From NCBI GenBank assembly GCA_047495785.1, contig JBLDXI010000017.1:558001-622000 (forward strand): 64,000 bases of DNA. Reading direction: 5' to 3'. Below, piece by piece: positions 1 to 12,764 of this stretch (its first letter is position 1; each line of letters starts with the position of its first letter). This DNA comes from Lepidodermella squamata (Eukaryota; Animalia; Gastrotricha). Made by a program: the position numbers and the translations under genes. Below the pieces are notes generated by a model. It had not been told where the DNA came from and did no database searches. It saw only the letters and a program-made list of their open reading frames with translations.

Positions 1-247
1 TGATACCCTGAAGTATGTAGAATAATTCTCGTAATTAGCTTCGTAGCCTGATAACTGGAAAAATACCGGAACTTCACATTTAGGTGGGCACTTGGCAGAT
101 CCATGAAAAAAGTTATAATCAAATTTTAATTAGTGACCAATAGCCTTTTTAGCTGAGGAATTTCTTCCCTTAAAATGTTACTCTACAAAGGTCATAGAGA
201 AAAAAGTGACTCAATTTTTTCCCCTATCCCATATCGGTACCGGTTAG

Positions 248-378
248 TCGAACCAAGTCGAACTAGTTTCAGCTTGCTCGAACCTAGCCGAACCTAGCCG
301 AAGCTATTTTAGCTTGGTCGAACCTAGCCGAAGCTTTTTTAGCTTGGTCGAACCTTTCGACACCAGATGGTCGAACCT
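248..378. repeat. Degenerate tandem repeat (about 10-nt cgaacctagc and about 30-nt agcttggtcgaacctagccgaagct units) in an NCX intron
   Basis: Repeated tcgaacctagccgaa motifs with no unique spacers. Confidence 0.7.
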
Positions 379-724
379 ATAATCTAACGTCTTGAGATGT
401 GGTCAAACTTTTTCGGGCGTGGAAGAACTTGGCCGAACAATTTTCGACATATAAAAATTGCCGTCCGAATCGTTGGCCGAGCCAAGCCGAACATTTTGTT
501 CGACATTGTTCCTAGAATAGTTCTAGGAAGTCCTCCTTATGACCTAGAATAGGTTATAATCCTCACCTTATTGAGCAGCAAATAGCACGCTTAATTATAG
601 GTCCTAGGTCTATAATATCTATTAGGTTTATACGAACTTCAGTTTAGGAAGAAACCAAATAATTTTCATAATTTACCAGTCAAATAATCACTATAAATGT
701 TTATATCCTCGAATTTATTTGCAG

Positions 725-3700
725 CAACAAGAACATCACGAAGCAGACGAGAGGAAAAGCGAATATCACGACCCGAACGCGCAATACGTCGGGTTCATTG
801 AAGCGAAACACACGTGCATCGAAAGCTGCGGCGCCTACGTGCTGACAATCGAACGAACCGGCGGCGGCATCGAAGACACCGTCCTAGAGGTCGACTACAC
901 AACCGCCGATGGGACATCGATAGCTGCTAGTGATTATGAAGAAACAAAAGGCACTCTCATCTTCTCATTGGGCCAAAAAACGGCCGAAATTTCTGTCACC
1001 ATCATCGATGACGATGAATTTGAGGAGGATAAGGAATTTTATGTCCGGCTGTCGAATCCTAGGCTGACGTATAGCAAACACCCTGCAGTCACCCTACATG
1101 TCCCTGAGATGAACGGCAAGAAACGGGCGTCTCAGTCTGAAAGTAGGCGGACTTCGTCGAGCTTGAAACCATCGTCCGGTTCAAACAGCCGGCGGCCAAG
1201 TCACGCTCCATTTCCTTTCGTCGGCGAAGACCACGAATATTTCGTCAGCCTTTCAGTACCTGAAGCAACTGTGATGATACTAGACGACGACCACTGCGGC
1301 ATTTTCCACTTTGAAGGCCCCGAATCGGCGATTCCTGATAACATAGGAATCGCGCATATCAAGGTAATTAGGTCAACAGGTGCGAGGGGCCGGGTTAAAG
1401 TCCCGTTCCGGGTCAACCCTGGTACGGCTAAGGAGACGGAGGACTACATCCCGCCAACGGAACAGGAGTTAATTTTCGAAAACAACCAACCCGAAGCGTC
1501 GATTCCGGTTGAAATCGTTGATGCGAATCGGGTCGGCGAGTTGTTTACATTTTTCATCGAATTATTCGACCCGGTTATTATGACGCAACCTCCCGCTAAC
1601 CCGGCTGGCAATCCGTCCCTAGGCGATCCTAAGGTGATAAAACTCGGCATTTGTGAAGACCACGAACTGACCGAGGCCTTGGACCGGTTACTTAAAGTTG
1701 GCGATATGGCTGAGCTTATTTCATCCACAACATGGCTGGACCAGTTTAAGGAGGCGTTTCAAATATCATTCGACAGCGATAATGAAGACGGCAGCGAAGA
1801 TGAGGACGAAGAAACGCCTAGTCGTAGTGAAAACAGCGGAGAAAATGGCAAGAGCAAATGTTCGAAGTGTAGATCTCATTGCGGCAAAGTGAAAACGGTT
1901 CTACTGTGGGCGATTTCGCTGCCGTGGAAGCTGATTGCGGCGGCGTTGCCTCCAGCGCGTTACCTTGGCGGGTGGTTGGCGTTCGTTCTACTTCTTGGCC
2001 TCATGGCGTTGATCGCGGCTGTTATTGGTGACGTTGCTACGCATTTCGGGTAAGGAAAACGCAATTTATTTCCTGTCATTTTTGCGTAACGAAATTTATG
2101 CAAATGACAATTGCGCATTTTTTGATGGTTTTTTTCCCGATTAATCAATGAAATTTCAACATTAGTAATCATTTAGAAAATTGTGAGTATTTAATGAGGC
2201 TCTAATGAACCTTCTAAGATTTCAGGAATTTTTATTATAAATCTCCACAAATTCAAGTGAATTCGTGTAAATTCATTTCTGATTGTAACGAAGCTTAAAA
2301 ATTCGGTTCCAGCGAAAGATTCAGCAAAGAGCATTCATCATTATCTAACTGGATGGTTGCTGATTGCTGACAAAGTTCTTTATTATAGGCGCAATTTATA
2401 ACCGAAATGTTCGATGAGCTCTGTTTTATGGCGATTCGATGGAATTTAAGCTCATCTCTCATCTGATATACATTTTCTCATCCCAATCAATGAAGTTCGA
2501 TTTTTTATATATTTTTCAAATTTTACATCAAATTTCCAGTTATTAAGGAGTGCGCACATACTCTTCATGTAATTTGCCACCAACTGATTTATTTTTTCCT
2601 CGTATGTCATGTTTGGTCGAAGAAGTCACGGAAAAAATGGTCAACTTTGACGGTGCTCGAGGCTCGAACCACGTTCGCCTCTTGAACAGGCCGGGATAAT
2701 AGCAATCGCCACAACATTGAGTCATTACATACGATAAAGAGTCCGATAATTGAGCATTATGAGCCTAACCCATCCTTATTTTCTGGGTCAAATGAGCGAC
2801 TTTGTTCTGATTCCCGACAAGCGTCAGGGCATTTTTTGCCTTATTTATAGCTTAATTTGTCGGTCACGCAATAGGCTCGACGGCGCAGCCATAACTCGAT
2901 ATAATTATCGATGTTTGGGAAATCGTCTCAACGTGCCGCCATCCTTTTTTCCACGACTTGACCAAACAAAAAATGTACATACCTGCTATAAACTTTGGCG
3001 ATTTTTGCAACTTATTTCACTTTTGATCACTAATGATGCCCCCATGAATATACCTGTTTTAGCTAATTGCTACCCTTGGGTGTGTAGGGTATTCTTCATT
3101 TTAAGTTTCCAAGGCTGCCAATATCGGAAAAATCACTGATTCGTAAAATCGATACTTGAAATCGATATCGGCCTGAAGTAAAACTCGTAAATTGACCAAC
3201 GACATCGCAAAATACGCGTAATAGGAAGAGCTAACTGTTAGGCTTCATAAATAATATAGAAGTTCCATATATTAGGGGAAATTAACGGTGAAACCCATAT
3301 TTTTGAGTAAGAGCACCCAATTTTTCCCCCTCGAATTCCGATATTAATAATATGTTTAAACAATATTCCAGCTAAATATTTATCTTATTTATCTCATCTT
3401 AAAACTATGCATTTTTATTCCTTTATAACAGATGTACGGTTGGGATGAAAGACTCGGTGACGGCCGTCACGCTAATCGCCTTCGGCATGGGCCTGCCTGA
3501 TACGTTCGCTAGCCGGCACGCAGCCATGCATGAAAAAACAGCCGACGCAGCCATCGGCCACATCATGGGCTCGAATGCCGTCAACGTGTTCCTCGGCATC
3601 GGCCTCGCCTGGACAGTCGGAGCGTCGTACAAAAAGTTCCACGGCGAGGAGTACGAAGTGCCGCAGGGCAATTTCGGCTTCATCGTCACGGTCTATTGCT

Positions 3701-3876
3701 GTTTCGCCACCGTCGGCGTGTTGGTACTGCTTCTTCGCCGCTTGCCGCCGATTCGAGGCGAGCTGGGCGGGCCTCGCGTTCCTAAGATATTATCAGCGCT
3801 GTTTTTCATTCTTCTCTGGATTGCCTTCATCGTATTAGCCACCCTGCGTAGCTACTGCATAATACCCGGATTTTGA
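725..3876 (+). CDS. Na+/Ca2+ exchanger family protein (SLC8/NCX-like), copy 1; 5' part lies outside the window
   Basis: Exons 725-2049 and 3432-3876. Two Calx-beta domains (IIDDDEFEED, ILDDDHCG, RSTGARG), alpha-2 repeat (GMGLPDTFAS, GSNAVN), C-terminal RGELGGP...YCIIPGF. Confidence 0.93.
3121..3222. repeat. Dispersed repeat family B (aatcactgatt...aaaatcgatacttgaaatcgatatcg)
   Basis: Similar copy at about 14400-14510; inverted copies at about 47930-48045 and 59380-59410. Confidence 0.65.
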
Positions 3877-4783
3877 TCTATGATGTGGAAAAAAAACAGC
3901 TATTTTAGTTTTATTTATTTTATGCTTTTTTCAATTCATGCAATCGACTGAAAATCTGAAAATCAGACGCAATTTCACCTTTCTGAAAAATATCGTACTA
4001 TTTTGTATACTAACAAGATTCGCCTGTTTTCGATGCTTGAGATGAATTTATTTGCATCAAAAACAATAGATTATTATAACTATATTTTTTATGATCCAGA
4101 TTTTAAGAAAAATAAAATCATGGATTTTCTGAAAATTGAGAATTGAATTTGAAGGTTGACAAAACTGGGGATATTCTGCCGCAAATCAGCAAATTCGTAG
4201 CAAGGGCCGATTGACCTAAGCTCGGGTCAATTCTTAATTAATGATGCTGAGGCGTACGATGAGATAATTATATCATTATTTTCTAAAAAATAAAGTCGAT
4301 TTGTTGATGCCAATATTTCTTAGGGCGACTTTTTATCTAGGACAAAATGGCAGCAAAAGGTCAATTATGATTTCGACTAATTACCTGTGTTGATTTATTT
4401 GGTAATATTTCAATTATTACGGTAACGAATTCACGGGACAAAGCTATTAAACGCTTGAATTTTAAATTTTTAATAAATTCCCGTCTAATCAAAAAATTTC
4501 ATAGGCTAAATCACGATTTTTTCGATTTTTTGTAACGCCAACAAGCCCCGAGCGAGTTGCGCGCGCTTCCATAGCAACGCATCGACGCATCGCAACGATG
4601 AGCACCATGTATTATAAAGCCATCAATTTTTCAACGATTACTCCAAATGCCATTAATTTTTAACACCGGCCTTCGGCGCCAAAACTTCACAACAGCAGCA
4701 GGTGAAAAAACACTCAGCGCCCATCACACAAATTTTCTTTGAAATAGTGGGCGAAAAATGGTGTTTGTAGGTTAACAAGTCCG

Positions 4784-7700
4784 ATGGTTCAGAATTACTC
4801 GTATTTAAGCAACAACTCGATGCTGAGTCATGGCGTTAACGTGAGTGAAGTCGATAGCCATGACGATGAGCACTGTTCAGCCGAGGCTCATGACTGCGAA
4901 TCCGGTCTGTTTTTACCTGTATGGTACCCGCAAGGCAACAACCTAGACGCGTGGACTCGAACGTATCGAGCAGCTGTTTACCTGATTTCCCTCGCGTATT
5001 TGCTGTTCGGCATCAATATCATGACAGATCGCATGGTGTCCTGTATCGAGGTCATTATTGCGCAGAAGCGGACGGTCAAATTGAAGACGAAAACGGGCGA
5101 GATTCATACTGTCCAGGTAATTTTATTTCAACGGCAAAACTTATAAGGTCAATAAAAATTCGATTCAAGTTAAACATGTGTCCAAATCCTAATTGGCTCA
5201 TTTTAAATTACAACTCTCGACGAAAGGGTGACATTTCGAGCTATTTTTTTTTAAATACTCCTTTTTCGCCGAAATCTTTGTTCAAAAAATATTGAATTTA
5301 AAAAATTATGAAGTATTGAATTTAATTTAATTTAGTATTATAGGTATTGAATTTTTGATACAACAATGTCTGATTTCTTGTTCGATTTTCTCGAGCGATT
5401 CAGGTCAACAATCATGCATATTAATTCTGAAACTTGGCTTCCTATACTGAAAATCACTGGTTTTTTATTCTATATTCGAAAGAGAAGTGTAGCTTAAAAT
5501 GAAACGACTTACAGATATGGCAAATTTTTCGTAAAATTGAGATAAATCTAGGAAAAATGAATAATCCAAAGGTGAACTTCATATATTGAAAGAAACTAAT
5601 TAAGAAAAATTTAGAGCTGGAACTCAAATTAAGGGGGTGTGCTTAGCTTATCCTTAGCAGTTAACCTGACTGGAAACTACGCAAAGTTAGGATTCGAATT
5701 TTAACTAATTAAAAGGACCTCGGCCGAAGTTACATTTAGACACCCTATCAGATGTGGAATTTTCAAATAAACAAACTATGATCCATTGTCCTGCTTACAA
5801 TTAACTGTAGAAATTAGCGTAACGTGGGCAATAATATAGCGAATCGGGATAACTCACTGCCACGGCTAATTAGGTTACACGTGCGACGGGCGACAACATG
5901 CAAAATGGCAGATTTTTCCGAAAAGAGCGCGTCATAAAGCTAAAAATATGAAAAATTATGACTAATCAGCTTACGCATATACCCAGGCTAATACAACTTA
6001 GCAAAGGACACATTGGGTTTAGGAATGCTTGAGTTAACCATGTAGATAAGTATAAAATGGACGAGAAATTCTAGTTTCGGAAAAAAATAGTCACAGTTCA
6101 ATTTTTTGGAGATTCGTAATTTGACCCGCTGAAAAAATGTCAAGCTGGTTTACAAAATTTGCCGACTGTGTTATCGAAATATCGGTCCGCTTCAAAACGC
6201 GCGAAATCTTCCCCCGGCGAGTTTCTCGATCGTCATCCGAACAAATGCTACGTCGGCGATCGGGGCTTTCACTCAAATCCACCAAGTCCTGTAAATAACG
6301 CGATGGGATTGATACCTTCAAGTTTAAGGAATTGAATAGTTCTATTTCTTCAATAAAACTTGGAAGTTCCAGCTTTGATGAATGAATTTTATCTTATTTG
6401 CTCTAAGGCGCACAATGGAAACAGCTAATAGAATTCTCCGAGTTCATCTCTGAAACTTTGGGTACCTAGCAAAACCAGGTAGCTTTCGAAATTCTACAAG
6501 AATCAGAGAACTCTTCAAAAAGCTTCGAAAGCAGCCCGCATAACTAAAGCGAATTCATTAAAAAAGATTCCAGCTATTGATTATTGGATGTTTCAGTAAT
6601 CAGCTTTCAGTTTTAGCTTCACATCGGTAAATTAGGGCCAAAATTACATTATTCGCTTCTGGAAATTACACACAAATTTCAAGAAAAATTGAAACTATCA
6701 GGGAGAATTGTCGATATTTCCCATATCTTTTCAAATATTTGTCATCAAATTTAAATTTCGGAAAGGATATTCGCACCTAAATAAGGCCTAGCGCCTAGTT
6801 TGGCCGGGCCGGGTACGGTGACGATTATTGCCCACCTAAAGGTTTTTCATGGTTCCTGTCACTTTTTGAGGTCATTTTTGAGGTCATTATTCAAAACACC
6901 AGATTTTCAAATGAATGTGCCGAGAAAAAATTGCAAAAACTTTACCAGAAAAAGTCATATATGACAGCCCCAAGCTGTTCTTAGCTTTCGGTGCGACATA
7001 GGCTCTCAAAAAATGCAGCGGGCTACTCAAATGGGCACGAACTCAACGAAATAGGGCAATCGCGCGAATTATTGATTTGGGGCCCCATTATAACGCACCT
7101 GACTACAGTTTCACTTTTGTGGTTACAATTCGCAGGTTTTGTTTACATAGTGCGCGCACAGGTGACACTTTACATTTTGGCTACGATTTACAGGATTAAG
7201 ACTACGCAATTTATTTTAGCGCTTTTTTAAATTAAATCAAATAAATTACTAAAACCTGGCCTCATAAAGTTTGATGGCATATTCTGGAGTCTCTCCCTAT
7301 TTCATGAAGTTCGATCTAAGGCTAGGGTCCTTTTAGGTTTCGTGAGCTTCCCAACCCTATAATTTCATGTTTTTGCAGGCTAATTTGATTTGGCATCAGC
7401 CTTCTAGATGAGATATGACAGATACAGCGTAACAGATTTATAAAAAAACAAGTAAATTTCAAAATTCCTCTTACATGGCACCACTTGAGTGCTAACCCTC
7501 CAGCCTACCTGGAACCTTTTTTTTTAATTTTTTCCATGTGATAATTTTTGGTGAATAATTGACACAGTTATTTGAAAGTGTTTGAAAATGTTCGATTATG
7601 TCCGTAATTTTTATTAATCTTATTAGGTTCCAATATGGCACCCAGTCGTAGCCACGATGACAGTCTTCGTAATCGGCGCTTCAGCCGCCGAAATTTTCCT

Positions 7701-10700
7701 ACCCAGCCTCGAGTTGATTAAACACCACTTCGAATTCCACGAACTCGGACCCGCGCTGGTTTTCGGCAGCGGTGCCTATCACTTATTCCTAATCACCGGA
7801 CTTTGCCTCGTTTCAGTCAAAGGCTCAATAAGCAAGCCGATACACGATCTGCCTGTCTTCTTCGTCACAACTGGCTTCGCCATTTTCGCCTATCTTTGGA
7901 TGTACATTGTCGCCGAAGTTTTCTCGCCCGATGAAATAACACTGCTAGAGGCGCTAATTACATTAGGCCTATTTCCGGTCCTAGTTATGACGGCTTATTT
8001 CGTCGAAAAGCGACTACACCGTGTCATATGGCGGCGGTTAAGACAATGCTCGAGTGATGTCAGACCTTCGCAAGATCAGGAACATGGGGACGATATAATT
8101 GACGTGTCAAGTGGGACTATGCTTGAGGTGGAGAAGAGGCGGCGGCTGGCTGAGTTGCTGAAGGAATTGAAGGCCGCTCATCCTGAGAAGAGTGAAATTG
8201 AACTCGAAGAAATGGCACAGGTTCACATGTTGGAGAGTGTCCCAAAAGGGGCAGCTTTCTATCGCATGCAGGTGATTTAAATTAACCAGAAATATCCTGA
8301 CATCAACTGACGTTCAATTTTTTTGGAAAACTAGGCTTCAAAGGCTATTTCTGGCGGTGGCAATGTCATTTCAAAGGAGAAAATCAAGAAGAGATTGGTA
8401 AATTTTTTGAATTTGTTCGTGTTTTTTTAACGGAGTGGTTAAGAGGGGTTCTAGTATCTGATAATTAAAAAAATTTTCCCCAAAATATTCTACTTTACTG
8501 AATCAGACTCATACTTCACCTGGTTGGAAAAAAGATTCGACATTGTCCTATTTTCTTTGCAAAGTGCTGATTTTTGTTTGATGTCATCCTTACATTTGGA
8601 CCTTAAGCTTCCGGACCTTTCTGAAAGGTTCCACAGGCTTCATATCACCTAAAAAGCCATCCAATGGAATCGCTTTTTTCCAGCCACGTGAAGTATGAGC
8701 TTTACCCAGCTTCACATGTAGATTATTTTGAGTAAAAAATGGCCGATTATCCGCTACTGCGGAACCCCTTCCAAGTACGAATTACCAAGAGCGCGTACTT
8801 TTTCGTGCGAATATACCAATTCTTTTTTATTTCTTCAATATTTACAAAAGTGTCTCTTATAATTGAAGATTTCTGAATCTTTTACCTTCGCGTGATATAT
8901 TTTAAAACTGAAGATTTTACTTTCTACCTCTGTACCTTCAGATCTAGGGCTACCAAAAAGTCGTGGGCGGTGTACTGCTGTACTTGGGGGCATTATTCAA
9001 ACTTGTCAAGAACGAAAACAATGATATTTTTATGCCTGCAGGAATCGATTTTTGCAAATCGCGCGAGGGTTACTCTGGTAGCTTTGTTAAAAGGAATTTT
9101 CTGATAATTTAATATGCTTAGGTCTAATTGTCTGAAATAAAGACATATTTATGAGTAGGCTACTATTTTCGTAACAATTTCATACACTGCCGCATTAATG
9201 TTCTAAAGTGCGAAATGGGGGCCTAATACGCCAGGGGCATGACAAATCTAGGGGCGAACTTTTTGTTTCGGATCTTCGATGATTCATCATACGTTTTTTA
9301 AGGTGGGGGTTGGTGAGGGGGAGGGGCGAGATTCTTCGTAATTCGGATGAGCGTTCGGGGATTTTCTAAAAAATTCTAAATTGACAATTTTAGGCCGAGA
9401 CTAAGCATGCATACTGGGACTATTGAGATGCAACTCTAGTAAAAGAATCACGTAAGGAACCGTTACAGGTAATGAGAACAAGCTCCTTGACTACCGTTGC
9501 TATGATTTAGCGTGGGTTTCAGTTTTTCGAATTTCGCAGCCTCACCATTGCGTCGGAGGGAAAAGTCACAATAACTGAAGTTTCTTAAATTTTGATGCTC
9601 TATCCGAAAAAATTACTTCGAATGGTTCTGAAAACATGGGTTCGAATTGACATGGAATCCCCACGTGACAATAGGAAAATAAAAGGCTCTCTCAAAACAA
9701 TTCTGGGCTTGAATTAATTCAATTTGAATTGCGTAAAATTGTCTCTTTTGCTGGAACCAGGAAAGTGAACAAAAAGCAAAAGAGGCGTTGGAAAAAGCGA
9801 ATGCAATCAACCCGAACGCGCAATTGGTCGGCTTCGAGCAAACCCATCACTCCTGTATAGAATCTTGCGGCTATTTTGTCCTAACAGTTCGCCGATCCGG
9901 AGCTGGCGTCGATGATACTTACCTAACAGTCGACTACGAAACCGAGGCAGTAACAGCTATAGCAGATTCAGACTATGAAGAAACAAGCGGAACCTTAGAA
10001 TTCAAACCAGGCGTCCTAACAGCTGATATTATGGTGAAAATTCTAGACGACGACGAATTCGAGGAAGATAAGGACTTCAAAGTCGTCTTGAAAAACGCTG
10101 AATACAAACTACGAGAAAAAATGGCACCGCTTAATTTAGTCATCGAAGGCGTGGTTTTCGATCACAAAGAGGCGACCGTCCGAATTCTGGACGACGATCA
10201 CTGCGGCGTGTTCCACTTCGATTCCGCTGATTTAGCCGTGCCAGATAACATTGGGACAGCTAAGCTGAAGGTAGTTCGATCAACTGGCGCTAGGGGTCGC
10301 ATTTTGGTGCCGTACAGGGTGAAAGACGGGTCGGCTCATGAAGGGCGCGACTTCAAGGCGCCGGCTGTTCGTGAAATTGCCTTCGAAAACGACCAGCCTG
10401 AGGCCTATATCGAGATAGGAATTGAAGATTCGCAGCGAATCGGGGAGATTTTCACGTTTTCTATCGAGCTGGATGAGCCGAAAATTTTGACCCAACCGCC
10501 TCAAAATCCGGATGGTAATCCGCGGCTGGGCGAGCCGAGAAAAATCAAAGTCGGAATTTGCGAAAACAATGAACTGTCCGAAGCGCTCGATCGCCTTCTT
10601 AATTTAGGTAAATTAACTCCAGAAAAAAATCAAATTATTGTGGCTGAAAGATGATAGCTGAATTCGCTAAACGTCATTTTTTTAATTTTATCAAATTCTT

Positions 10701-11747
10701 TGAAATTTTTTGAAATTTTTGAATTTTCGAAAAATATTGAAATTTAAATTGCCAATGGATTTATTTTAATTTAATTAATCAATCAATTTCTAATTATATT
10801 TCTTGAATATTTTTTTAATTATATTTTTCTACAGGTGACATTGCTGATCTAATTTCCTCAACAAGCTGGCTCGATCAGTTCAAAGAAGCCGTAACTGTGC
10901 AATCAGGAGGCGATTCCGAAGGTGAGCATGATGAGGATGAGGACGATGATCACGCGTCCGTATCGACCGACCTTCACCACCATGACGAGTCTTCGAAATC
11001 ATGCCACTGTTGTTCTAATTTTCAAAAATATTTCCTATTCGCGATTTCTCTACCTTGGAAGCTATTAGCAGCCTGTATACCGCCGCCTGGTATCCTCCAC
11101 GGTTGGCTGGCTTTCCTACTCCTCCTCGTTGTAATGGCCTGTTTGTCGGCTCTAGTCGGCGATTTAGCCTCGGCCTTTGGCTGTACAGTTGGGTTGAAAG
11201 ACACTGTGACAGCGATAACGCTGATTTCACTCGGCATGGGTCTGCCGGATACTTTTGCGAGTCGACATGCAGCCATGCATGAAAAATCGGCAGATGCAGC
11301 TATTGGCCATATAACAGGGTCTAATGCCGTCAATATGTACCTTGGCATTGGCCTATCATGGACTGTTGGGGCTGCCTATCACGCTTATAAAGGCGAAAAA
11401 TTCAAGGTAGGTCGCCGTGAAAAAATTTTCAAAAATTTCAAAAAAATTTTAATTGCACATTTCCATAAATAATCTATCTTAATATTTATGATTTTATTAA
11501 TTTTTGTTTTTCCTATATAATTTAGCTTCATCGCAACATTAACCTTGGCTTTATCGTTGCGATCTATTGCAGTCTAGCAAGTGGAGCTATTCTAGTGCTT
11601 CTGCTGCGCCGATTGCCGCCGGTTAGAGGCGAACTCGGCGGGCCTCGAGTCGTCAAAATTCTATCCGCCCTCTTCTTCGCCGCCCTTTGGATCTCATTCA
11701 TAGCCGTGCTGTGCCTTCAGTCCTACTGCGTAATCGACGGATTCTAA
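4784..11747 (+). CDS. Na+/Ca2+ exchanger family protein (SLC8/NCX-like), copy 2
   Basis: Exons 4784-5116, 7627-8271, 8335-8397, 9761-10607, 10835-11406, 11526-11747 join in frame with GT-AG boundaries. Motifs GLFLPVW, alpha-1 GASAAE, AFYRMQA, two Calx-beta domains, alpha-2 GMGLPD. Start codon uncertain. Confidence 0.93.
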
Positions 11748-12764
11748 AGCGGGAAACACCTATACACTTTTAATTATTATTACTGTTATTTTTCTGAAGA
11801 AATAAACTTGAAGTAATAAAATTGTCCTAGTTTTTTCATTGTTTTTTTTGGTACTGGGCAAAATCAAGTGCTGTGCCGGTGAGCGTGAGAGTGCGCGGAA
11901 ATCGGAAACACATTGGAAAGTCTACAAATTACACGAAAAAAATCACGCGTCTGCATCAGTACTATGGGGTTCGTTTATATAGTTACCCAGAGGAAATAAT
12001 CGCTGAGTGCGTGATTCATAGCCGCTAATATTATCGTGTCAAAACTCAATCGATATCCCAATTTAAGACAATTTAAAAAAAATATATATATAGGATTTTC
12101 AATTAATTTTATTCCTAATCATATGACTCATGGCTGCGAAAATTTCCATAGCGACTGGTTGTAGTATTAATTTAATAAGAACTACTGTGCAGTATATATT
12201 TTAACCGGAAGTTTCAAGCATGCTACTTGGTTTATCGAATTTTTCATAACGTAAAATATTATATAGACGTCTGGATTTTATTACACTTTTTCACCTCCCT
12301 CCCATGTACTTGCGAAGCGCAGTCATAATATCCTGAATACTGCTTTTTTCCCGCATTTGAATTCCGAAAATACAGGTAATTTTATCGTCAGCGTCTAAAT
12401 CTGCGAATTCCGTGATCTGTCAATTCCTTCCCTTGATTGCCCTCCGCGGCATCGTTCCATAGAAAAAGTTGCCCGAGGCTATTTGCCTAGCTGCACCTAC
12501 AACCTATTCGCAATGCGTAGCTGAATAATTATCGAAGAACAGTCCTAATCATAATATAGGAAAAATCCCCATGGTTACGCCAACATTTTCAGGTAAAGTT
12601 ATTCACTCCTAAGCTTAAACCCAGGTGATATATTTCGAATTTTTAGGCTGAAAGCTGATTGCTGATTTTTTCTATAGATTTATTTTCGAAAATTTGTTAA
12701 TTAATTTTCTCCATTTGAAGATGATTTTCTTTGGGCTGAAAAACAACCCACCGTGATCTATCTG

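Noticed and set aside
248-378. CRISPR-like repeat array
   Set aside because: Degenerate tandem units without unique spacers, in a eukaryotic intron, with no cas genes.
2543-3139. ORFs inside the NCX copy 1 intron
   Set aside because: No recognisable domain or splice structure; may be decayed transposon DNA but cannot be supported.
6091-7230. ORFs in the long first intron of NCX copy 2
   Set aside because: Short, non-ATG starts and no motifs.
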